The notes beneath the pieces are model-generated. The model saw only the letters and a list, made by a program, of their open reading frames with translations. It made no database searches and was not told the origin of the DNA. Shown here piece by piece: positions 56,482 through 64,000 of a stretch of 64,000 nt of DNA; position 1 is the first letter of the stretch, and each line of letters begins with the position of its first letter. The stretch comes from Collinsella aerofaciens (GTDB lineage: Bacteria; Actinomycetota; Coriobacteriia; Coriobacteriales; Coriobacteriaceae): contig DBFAAM010000029.1 in assembly GCA_048193585.1 (NCBI GenBank), positions 27,444 to 91,443 of the forward strand, written 5' to 3'. The translations under genes were made by a program, and so were the position numbers.

Positions 56482-57915
56482 CTAATTCCAAGACTGTTGA
56501 TGCTCTTCGTAGGTTTGCGAGAAGTACTCCTCGTCCTGCGTAATGTAGAAATACAGGTCATCAGAGTCGGTCGGCTCAAGGGTGGCCTTGAGCGCCTCGA
56601 GCGACGGAGAGCAGATGGGCGTGGGCGGCAGGCCCTCATGCTTATAGGTGTTATACGGACTATCGCTCTGCAGGTCGTCGGCGGTAACCTCGCCACCGGT
56701 GACATACATCATAGTCGCATCGCTATTGAGATAGCGCAGGCCATCGAGCTTGCCGGCAAGGCGGTTGTAGAAAACCGAGGCCACATGCGCACGTTGATCG
56801 GCGTTGAGGCCCTCGCGCTCAACGATAGAGGCCAAGTTGACGATGTCGTAGTCGGACATCTCCACACCGTAGCGTTCCTTGATCTTGGCTTCGCAGCTCG
56901 CAAAGTCAAGCGACTTGTACTCGGTCTTAAATTGATCGAGCATAGCGCGAATCACGCCATCGGCCGTCGGCGAATCACCCAACGAATAGGTCTTGGGGAA
57001 CAAAAAACCCTCGAGCGAGTCGTTAGCGGCGCCCTTAAGGAAGCTATAGTCGTCCACGTAGTTGGAGGCCTTGGCCTGGTTGAGGAAGTCTTCCTTAGAG
57101 ATGCTGTCGTAGGTCTGGGCCACACGGTCGGCGACTTGATCGACCGTTAAGCCCTCAGGGATAGTCAGCGCATTGGAGCCCGCGTTGGGGCCTTCCATGA
57201 GCTGCTGAACAACCTTGGTCGCATCCATGAGTGTGGTGAACGAATAATCACCAGGCTTGAGCGACATATCGGCGTTGAGCTTTTTCACCGCCGCATAGTA
57301 ATCCTTGGGATTTTCGACGATATGGTTCTCGGAGAGAATCGAGGCGATCGTATCGCCCGAAGCACCATCGGGAATGGTCACCGTAACCTGCTGACCAGCC
57401 GTAACCTTCGTATCCTCACCGGCAAAGAAACCCTTGACAGCCGGCACGACAAAGAAAGCGATCGCGGCAAGCGCAAGCACGGCGACGACGCCACCGATAA
57501 TCATAGGCACCGGGGAGCTTTTCTTTTTAGCACCGCGACGAGCATGCGTGTTGTAGCTCGAGCGGGTCGCCGGAGCAACGCCATGCGAACCGCGAGCGTG
57601 ATGCGAATGCGATTGGGGGGCCTGCGTTCGCTGGGTAGGTGCCTGCTGCTTAAAGCGGGTACCGCCTGCAGGCTGGGCCGTACGAACAGTGGGCTGCTGA
57701 GCCGCGTGAGAAGCCGAATGCTGAACCGAACGAGCAGAAGGCTGCTGACCCGTCCGTTGAACAGGTTGGGCCGAATGAGAGAAGGACTGCGCCGGGCGCG
57801 CGGCAGGCTGAGCTGCACGCTGCGCCGGCTGTGCCGGACGCTGGCCAGGCTGGGCAGGACGCGACGCCGGCTGCCGTGTACGATTTTGTTGGCGCGGATC
57901 GGAAGCGCTAGGCAT
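56482..57915 (-). CDS. mltG: endolytic transglycosylase MltG
   Basis: TIPEG, LEGFLFPKTY, LASIVERE, VFYNRL, SPYNTY, GLPPTPICSP. Confidence 0.93.
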   Translation of the reverse strand: MPSASDPRQQNRTRQPASRPAQPGQRPAQPAQRAAQPAARPAQSFSHSAQPVQRTGQQPSARSVQHSASHAAQQPTVRTAQPAGGTRFKQQAPTQRTQAPQSHSHHARGSHGVAPATRSSYNTHARRGAKKKSSPVPMIIGGVVAVLALAAIAFFVVPAVKGFFAGEDTKVTAGQQVTVTIPDGASGDTIASILSENHIVENPKDYYAAVKKLNADMSLKPGDYSFTTLMDATKVVQQLMEGPNAGSNALTIPEGLTVDQVADRVAQTYDSISKEDFLNQAKASNYVDDYSFLKGAANDSLEGFLFPKTYSLGDSPTADGVIRAMLDQFKTEYKSLDFASCEAKIKERYGVEMSDYDIVNLASIVEREGLNADQRAHVASVFYNRLAGKLDGLRYLNSDATMMYVTGGEVTADDLQSDSPYNTYKHEGLPPTPICSPSLEALKATLEPTDSDDLYFYITQDEEYFSQTYEEHQQSWN

Positions 57916-58336
57916 GCGAAACCTCCTCGTTTTTACGATCGAGCCACGTCTGCAAAAACAGGCTGGCGGCAATCATGTCGATCTTGCCCCTCATCTGCTT
58001 TTCGTTGAGTCCCTGGTCGCGCAGGATACGCTTGGCCTCTTGCGAGGACAGACGCTCGTCCTCAAACTCCAGCGGAAGATCGAGCTCGTCGGCAATCTTT
58101 TGCGCCACAGCGGCAACGCGCTCGGCCTGAGGGCCGGGCTCACCGGCCATGGTTAGGGGGCGTCCACTTACCAGGATATCGGGCTCATAGTCCTCGACCA
58201 GGTAGCGGAACGTCTTGGCCATACCGGTGACCTCGGCGGCCGGGAGCACCTTGACGGGCATCGCCATCTTGCCATCACGGCTCGAGACGGCGATGCCGAT
58301 CCTGGTCTCCCCTATGTCCAGCGCAAGCGCGACCAC
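57908..58336 (-). CDS. ruvX: RuvX/YqgF pre-16S rRNA nuclease
   Basis: ALDIGETRIGIA, DERLSS, IDMIAA. Confidence 0.93.
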   Translation of the reverse strand: MVALALDIGETRIGIAVSSRDGKMAMPVKVLPAAEVTGMAKTFRYLVEDYEPDILVSGRPLTMAGEPGPQAERVAAVAQKIADELDLPLEFEDERLSSQEAKRILRDQGLNEKQMRGKIDMIAASLFLQTWLDRKNEEVSHA

Positions 58337-58353
58337 AGCGACTTCTTAGATTC

Positions 58354-61011
58354 TTAGGCGCCGAGCGCGGTCTTGGCAGCCGCGAGGGCGTCGGCGATAC
58401 CGGCGGCATTCTTGCCACCGGCCTGGGCCATGTTGGGACGGCCGCCACCGCGACCGTCTACCAGGCCCGCGATCTGCTTGATCACGTTACCGGCGTGGAA
58501 ACCGGCCTTCACGGCGTCATCGGAGCCGGCGGCGAGCAGGGCCGGGGTGCCCTTCTCGGTCACGCTGGCAACGACGCAGGCAACAGGGCCGGCGACCTTC
58601 TGGTGCACGGTATCCCATACGTTGCGCAGGTCGGCAGCTTCAAGGCCCTGGAGCTCAGCAACGACGAGCTTGTAGCCGTCGAGCTCGACGGCACCCTCGA
58701 TGGCGCTGGAAATGGCGTCGGAGGAGCCACCGGTCAGAGCCTTTTTGAGCTTGTTGGAAGTCTCTCGCAGCTCGGCCTGCAGGTTCTCCACGCGGGCGGG
58801 AACCTCATCGACGCGGCACTTGAGCGCAGCGGCGGCGGCGTCAACGAGCGCCAGGCGGTCGGCCATATAGTCGAGGGCACCCTTAGAGGTCACGGCCTCG
58901 ATACGGCGGACATTCGAGCCCGTAGAGGACTCGGAAATGATCTTGAACAGGCCAATCTCGGCGGTATTGGCGGCATGGGTGCCACCGCAAAGCTCGCGGG
59001 AGAACGGCTGGTCCTCGGCGCCCACGGAGACGACGCGGACGACATCGCCGTACTTCTCTCCAAACAGAGCGACAGCGCCGGCAGCCTTAGCCTCGTCGAT
59101 GCCCATGACACGGGTCACGACCGGCTTGGAAGCGAAGATCTGCTGGTTGACCAGGTCCTCGACAGCCTTGAGCTGCTCGGAGGACAGGGCCTCGAAGTGC
59201 GTAAAGTCAAAGCGCAGGTGCTCGGGCGTCACCAGCGAGCCAGCCTGGGAGACGTGCTCGCCCAGGACCTGCTTAAGAGCGGCATCGAGCAGGTGCGTGG
59301 CGGTGTGGTTGCGGCGCAGGAAGCCACGGCGCTCGGCGTCGAGCGCGGCGGTAACAGCGGCACCAACAGTCAGCGTGCCATCGGCAACGTGCGCGACGTG
59401 GGCATACAGGCCGTTGTGGTTCTTGGTATCAGCAACGGTCAGAACAACGCCCTCGGCGGAAAGCTTGCCGGCATCGCCCTGCTGACCACCCATCTCGGCA
59501 TAGAACGGGGTGCGGTCGAGCACAACCTCGACGTCCTCGCCGGCGGCAGCGGACTCGACGGACTCGCCGTTGCGCACGATGGCGACAACCTTGGCGCCCT
59601 CGATCACATCGTTGTCATAGCCGTCGAACTCGGTCGCTGCGACCTTGTCGGAAAGCTCGACCCACACGTCGTTGAAGCTGCCCCAGGCGTCGCCCTTGGC
59701 ATTGGCGCGGGCGCGGGCCTTCTGGTCCTCCATGCAGGCAGTGAAGCCGTCCATGTCGACGTCGTGACCAGCGGTGCCGGCGATCTCGACTGTCAGGTCG
59801 ATGGGGAAACCAAAGGTGTCGTGCAGCTTAAAGGCAACATCGCCCGGAAGCGCAGCACCCTCGGCAAGCGCTGCCAGGGCCTCATCCAGGTAGACGCGAC
59901 CGTTGTCGAGCGTCGTGGAGAAGCGCTCCTCCTCGGAGGCGACGATACCCTTGACGAGCGCGACGTTCTTGAGCAGCTCAGGATAGGCCTCGCCCATCTG
60001 AGCGTTGACCTCGTCGATGAACTTGGTCAGGAAGGCGCCCTCGATGCCCAGCAGGCGACCGTGGAACACGGCGCGGCGGAGCAGGCGGCGAAGGACGTAC
60101 TCGCGACCCTCGTTACCGGGAAGGATGCCGTCAGAGATCATAAAATCGACGGCACGGGAGTGGTCGGCAATGATACGCAGCGAGCGGCTGGCGCCGGAGT
60201 AATCATCGGCGTCATAGGTCTTGCCGCTGATCTCCTCGCCCAGCTTGATGAGATGCTGCATCAAGTCGCCGTCGTAATTGGCGGTTTTGTGCTGCATGAT
60301 GGCGGCCATGCGCTCCAGGCCCATGCCCGTATCGAGGTTGCGATGCGGCAGCTCCGGCATGGAGCCGTCCTCCTGACGGTCGTACTGGGTAAACACGAGG
60401 TTCCAGAACTCAAGGAAGCGGTCGCAGTCGCAGCCAGGCTTGCAGTCGGGGCTGCCGCAGCCGACCTCCTCGCCCATGTCAAAGTAGATCTCGGAGCACG
60501 GACCGCAGGGGCCGGTGGGGCCAGCGGCCCAGAAGTTGTCGTCCTCGCCCAGGCGGGAGATGTGGTCCTCGGCAACGCCCAGAGAACGCCACACGTCGTG
60601 GGTCTCGTCGTCCTCGGTAAAGACGGTAAAGTACAGGCGGTCGAGCGGCAGCTTGAACTCCTTGGTGATGAGCTCAAAGGCCCATGCGCAAGCCTGCTCC
60701 TTGGAGACGCCGCCAAAAGAGAAATCGCCGAGCATCTCGAAGAACGACAGGTGACGGCCGTCCTCGCCGATGCAATCGATGTCGTTGGTGCGGACGCACT
60801 TCTGGCAGGAGATCGCGCCGATCTCCTTCATGGTCTTCTTGCCCTGGTAGTACTCCTTAAACTGGTTCATGCCGGCGTTGGCAAGCAGCAGCGAGGGATC
60901 ATCGGGGACGAGGGACGAAGAAGGATAGAGCTTAAGACCGCGCTCCTCAAAGAAGTTGAGGAACTTGGAGCGGATCTCGGCCGTAGTCATTGACGGGTAG
61001 TCAGCACTCAT
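58354..61011 (-). CDS. alaS: alanine--tRNA ligase
   Basis: NAGMNQFK, FFEMLG, DTGMGLER, NHTATHLL, ELCGGTH, GGGRPNMAQAGG. Confidence 0.98.
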   Translation of the reverse strand: MSADYPSMTTAEIRSKFLNFFEERGLKLYPSSSLVPDDPSLLLANAGMNQFKEYYQGKKTMKEIGAISCQKCVRTNDIDCIGEDGRHLSFFEMLGDFSFGGVSKEQACAWAFELITKEFKLPLDRLYFTVFTEDDETHDVWRSLGVAEDHISRLGEDDNFWAAGPTGPCGPCSEIYFDMGEEVGCGSPDCKPGCDCDRFLEFWNLVFTQYDRQEDGSMPELPHRNLDTGMGLERMAAIMQHKTANYDGDLMQHLIKLGEEISGKTYDADDYSGASRSLRIIADHSRAVDFMISDGILPGNEGREYVLRRLLRRAVFHGRLLGIEGAFLTKFIDEVNAQMGEAYPELLKNVALVKGIVASEEERFSTTLDNGRVYLDEALAALAEGAALPGDVAFKLHDTFGFPIDLTVEIAGTAGHDVDMDGFTACMEDQKARARANAKGDAWGSFNDVWVELSDKVAATEFDGYDNDVIEGAKVVAIVRNGESVESAAAGEDVEVVLDRTPFYAEMGGQQGDAGKLSAEGVVLTVADTKNHNGLYAHVAHVADGTLTVGAAVTAALDAERRGFLRRNHTATHLLDAALKQVLGEHVSQAGSLVTPEHLRFDFTHFEALSSEQLKAVEDLVNQQIFASKPVVTRVMGIDEAKAAGAVALFGEKYGDVVRVVSVGAEDQPFSRELCGGTHAANTAEIGLFKIISESSTGSNVRRIEAVTSKGALDYMADRLALVDAAAAALKCRVDEVPARVENLQAELRETSNKLKKALTGGSSDAISSAIEGAVELDGYKLVVAELQGLEAADLRNVWDTVHQKVAGPVACVVASVTEKGTPALLAAGSDDAVKAGFHAGNVIKQIAGLVDGRGGGRPNMAQAGGKNAAGIADALAAAKTALGA

Positions 61012-61083
61012 AGAGGGAATCTCCTCGGTTTCACATCGAAACAGTTCAAACGTAACGATATTACCATCCCACCGCGCCTATGC

Positions 61084-61113
61084 AAAAAAGAGGGTCGCCA
61101 AACAGCGACCCTC
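61084..61113 (-). terminator. terminator after the AI-2E transporter
   Basis: gagggtcgc / gcgaccctc stem plus T6 on the minus strand. Confidence 0.8.
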
Positions 61114-61162
61114 CAGCGAAATTGCATGTTAGCACGTATGAATGTTAACCCGAATTACCCCG

Positions 61163-62572
61163 CTAGTTGTCGTCATCGTCCATGGAGCCGTCGATGCCGG
61201 TTTTGGTATCGTCGTCCGAGTTGGAGTCATCGTCTTTGGCGAAGGGGTTCTTGAAGAAGCCCGTGGCATCGGGCTGCAGACCAGAGAGCTTAATCCAGGG
61301 ATTATCGAGCTCGGGCTTGGGCATGGCCTTGGCCTCGGGAGCAGTCTCGTTGCCGATGAGCTCAGACTCGTAGATGAAGGTGTCGTCGCCGAGCGCGTCG
61401 TAGGCGGCGACCGGGTTGCCATCGGCATCGCGGTACGGCGTGCCCTTAAACACGGCGCCGTCATAGGCCACAAGCTGGCGGCCGGTCTCATTCTCGAAGT
61501 AGTACACGAAGATACCCTTGAGGGCCGCACACAGCGGGATGGCAATAATCATGCCGATGGGCCCCATGAGTGCCGAGCCAATAACGAGCGCCGTGAGGCT
61601 CATGATGGGATGCACCTGCACCGAGCTCTGCATGACCTTGGGCGAAATGACGTTATCGGTGACGTTTTGCGCGACCATCGTCACGATGAGCGTCCATAAC
61701 GCCAACATAGGGCTGAACATGAAACCGAGCACTGTGGCGATTGCTGCGCTCACCCAAGGACCGACGACCGGAACCAAATGCATGATGCCGGTAAAGATAG
61801 CCATGAGCGCCGCATACGGATGGCCGATGATCATAAAACCGATAAAGGCGAGGAAACCACCGCAGATGGACGTCACGACCATACCGCGCATGTAGCCGCC
61901 GACAGAGCGAGAAAGAATGGCGACCATAAAGCGGTACGAGGTCTCCTTCTCCTGACCGATGATGGTGCAAATCTCGTGGTGCATGCGAGGGTAGTCGCAG
62001 GCCATCCAGTAGGCAAGCACCAGGCCAAGGAAGATAACAAACAGCTGCGACGCTGTATTGGTGATGAGCGGGAACACACCACGACCAAGCTCGGCGGCAA
62101 TCTGAGACACATACTTCGATGCCACGGCAACCAGCGACGAAAGATTATCGTCCAAATACTCCTTGAGCGGCGTGTTGTTGAGCGTCTTGGCATGCGAGAT
62201 CATCTCGTTGAGATCACCGCCCGCAACACGAAGCTGCTCGGGCAGGCGGCTCAGGACTTCCATGATCTGACCAAAGAGAATCGGCGACAAGATACAAACG
62301 ACACCGACGAGCACGGCAACAACAACAATAAGCGCGATAAGCGAACCGATGCCGCGATTCACGCCATGGTGCTCGAGCCAGTTGGTGATCGGGGACATCA
62401 CAAAAGCAATGATGGAGCCGACGGCAAGAAACTCAATAACCGGCGCCAGGATGCCCATAAGGTTAAAGATGACAGCGGCGATGACAATGCAGCCGACAAC
62501 AGCCCAAATGCGCAGCGTCAGAATGCGGGTGTCGCGCAGCACGCGATCGGTTTGTTGGGGGTGCTCACTCAT
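61163..62572 (-). CDS. AI-2E family transporter (PerM-like)
   Basis: multi-TM; GGYMRG, VPVVGP, ISPKVM...VHP, GMIIAIP. Confidence 0.9.
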   Translation of the reverse strand: MSEHPQQTDRVLRDTRILTLRIWAVVGCIVIAAVIFNLMGILAPVIEFLAVGSIIAFVMSPITNWLEHHGVNRGIGSLIALIVVVAVLVGVVCILSPILFGQIMEVLSRLPEQLRVAGGDLNEMISHAKTLNNTPLKEYLDDNLSSLVAVASKYVSQIAAELGRGVFPLITNTASQLFVIFLGLVLAYWMACDYPRMHHEICTIIGQEKETSYRFMVAILSRSVGGYMRGMVVTSICGGFLAFIGFMIIGHPYAALMAIFTGIMHLVPVVGPWVSAAIATVLGFMFSPMLALWTLIVTMVAQNVTDNVISPKVMQSSVQVHPIMSLTALVIGSALMGPIGMIIAIPLCAALKGIFVYYFENETGRQLVAYDGAVFKGTPYRDADGNPVAAYDALGDDTFIYESELIGNETAPEAKAMPKPELDNPWIKLSGLQPDATGFFKNPFAKDDDSNSDDDTKTGIDGSMDDDDN

Positions 62573-63360
62573 GAACGAATCATCACTCCGTCGGGGTCGA
62601 TCTTGTCCTGAATCTTCTTAAGCGTGCGGCGCAGCAGACGCGAAACCTGCACCTGAGAAATACCCAGCTTCTTGGCGATCTCGATCTGTGTCATGCCCTT
62701 CACAAAGCGCAGCTCGATCACCTCGCGCTCGCGCGGCGAGAAATCACGGATGGCTTCCTCGATCACTAGGCGGTCATCGGTAAAGTCGAGCTCGTTGTCG
62801 TCGTCGGCGTAACGGTCGAGAATCGAGGGGGCATCGTCGGAATCGGACGCACCAGGAGCCTCGATGGGCACCGAGGTATAGGCCGAAGACGATTCCATAG
62901 CCTCGAGGACCTCATCGACAGTCACATCTAGATACTCAGCGATCTCCTCAACCTTGGGCGAACGCTGCAGCTCGTTGGTAAGTTTGTCAGTAGCTTGGTT
63001 GACCTTGGCCGAGAGCTCCTGCAGACGACGCGGTACGCGCACGCTCCAGCCCTTGTCGCGAAAATGGCGTTTGATCTCGCCCAGGATAGTGGGTGTTGCA
63101 AACGTCGTGAACTCGAGCCCGCGCTCGGGGTCAAAGCGGTCGATAGCCTTGAGCAAACCCAGATAGCCGACCTGCATGAGGTCGTCGAGCGGCTCGCCGC
63201 GATTCTTAAATTTGTTGGCAAGAAACCTTACCAGATTCATATGGGACATGACGAGCTGCTCGCGGGCGTCCGGATCACCGGTCTCCTTGTAACGACGAAA
63301 CAGCTCGCGGGTTTTCTCCTTGTCCCAAGCGGTCTTACCGCTCCGGGAACGTTCGGTCAT
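62569..63360 (-). CDS. SigB/SigF/SigG-family RNA polymerase sigma factor
   Basis: DDLMQVGYLGLLKAIDRFD, GEIKRHFRD.GWSVRVPR, GISQVQVSRL. Confidence 0.93.
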   Translation of the reverse strand: MTERSRSGKTAWDKEKTRELFRRYKETGDPDAREQLVMSHMNLVRFLANKFKNRGEPLDDLMQVGYLGLLKAIDRFDPERGLEFTTFATPTILGEIKRHFRDKGWSVRVPRRLQELSAKVNQATDKLTNELQRSPKVEEIAEYLDVTVDEVLEAMESSSAYTSVPIEAPGASDSDDAPSILDRYADDDNELDFTDDRLVIEEAIRDFSPREREVIELRFVKGMTQIEIAKKLGISQVQVSRLLRRTLKKIQDKIDPDGVMIRS

Positions 63361-63361
63361 A

Positions 63362-63739
63362 TTAGATATCCGCCTTGAGGTCGAGGGAAAGCGTCAGGGG
63401 CGCCGCAGTCTTTTCGTAGGAGTCGCACACGCTCGCGAGGATGAGCTCGGCATACACCGCAGCCTGGTCATCCTCGTCGACGGTGGCCTGGTCGCCAAAG
63501 GTAAAGGTCATGCCAACGTGAGATTCGTCGACATCGAATTTGATCGAGATGTCATCGGAATCAATAGCCGTACAGCCGAAAATAAATGCTTCCTCTGCAG
63601 CCATACGAATGTCCTCGATGCGATCGACGGACATGGAGCAGAGCGCACCGACATTTGCCGCCGTCATGCGCACAAGGCGCGCCAGACGCGGGTCGCCGGC
63701 AACGGTCAGCGTAATGGGGCAAGTTGCTTCGCTACTCAT
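63362..63739 (-). CDS. RsbW-like anti-sigma factor with degenerate kinase motifs
   Basis: ITLTV...LVR...IEDIRMAAEEA; directly upstream of the sigma gene. Confidence 0.7.
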   Translation of the reverse strand: MSSEATCPITLTVAGDPRLARLVRMTAANVGALCSMSVDRIEDIRMAAEEAFIFGCTAIDSDDISIKFDVDESHVGMTFTFGDQATVDEDDQAAVYAELILASVCDSYEKTAAPLTLSLDLKADI

Positions 63740-63998
63740 CGCAGGACTCCTCGGTGGTCTCGGCGGGCGTGTAGGTGTAATACTGGGCTGCTTTAGCAGC
63801 AGGCTTCTGTGCATCATTGTCACCAGCAGCGACATCGTCCCCGGCTTCGCCAATCAGGACACGCTCGGTCGGCTGCTCGGCTTCTTCGGCAGCGGAAAGC
63901 TTGCGCTCGGCGTCGGCCGCGGGAGTCTTCACCTTGTTAAAGAGTTTCTGCACAGCACCAGCGGCAGAGTCGGTCACGCTCGACACAGCATTGCTGGC
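63732..63998 (-). CDS. 3' part of an acidic Ala-rich protein, running off the window edge
   Basis: frame open to the window end; stop overlaps the RsbW-like start. Confidence 0.6.
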   Translation of the reverse strand, partial: ASNAVSSVTDSAAGAVQKLFNKVKTPAADAERKLSAAEEAEQPTERVLIGEAGDDVAAGDNDAQKPAAKAAQYYTYTPAETTEESCDE

Positions 63999-64000
63999 CT

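Noticed and set aside
61012..61162. T-box leader for alaS
   Set aside because: The leader is short and has no T-box consensus; the hairpin present is the upstream gene's terminator.

Overview
GC-rich chromosomal window that looks like a gut Coriobacteriia (Collinsella-like; inferred from gene content and protein style, not from a database search). The backbone is housekeeping: def, priA, gltX, metK, fused L-serine dehydratase, L,D-transpeptidase, a MacAB-like ABC exporter, TetR, an MprF-like membrane protein, tRNA-Glu, CCA-adding enzyme, a fructose-family PTS locus with two tandem PfkB kinases, recN-nadK-tlyA-xseB-nusB-asp23-efp-pepP-aroB-like-aroK-yqeG-mltG-ruvX-alaS, an AI-2E transporter and a SigB/F-type sigma with an RsbW-like partner. 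A ~22 kb cobamide island (~13.86-35.84 kb) interrupts it. I read a short IS21 istA remnant at its left edge and a short IS3 transposase remnant at its right edge. The island holds a minus-strand anaerobic cbi/cob operon in which cbiL has a large in-frame internal deletion and no hem/cysG, cytoplasmic chelatase or cbiMNQO genes are present. Divergent from it is a cobalamin-riboswitch-led operon encoding a twin-arginine lipoprotein CbiK, a NEAT-like lipoprotein, a NEAT-like/solute-binding fusion lipoprotein and a FecCD/BtuCD-type ABC importer. That operon is the best candidate for an undescribed surface cobalt/tetrapyrrole capture system. Other oddities: a QLSLF clamp-binding motif at the PriA N-terminus, an AroB-like protein and an RsbW-like protein lacking catalytic motifs, and several extragenic palindromic elements. 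Start codons were adjusted by eye from RBS and homology; all calls are by motif recognition only.
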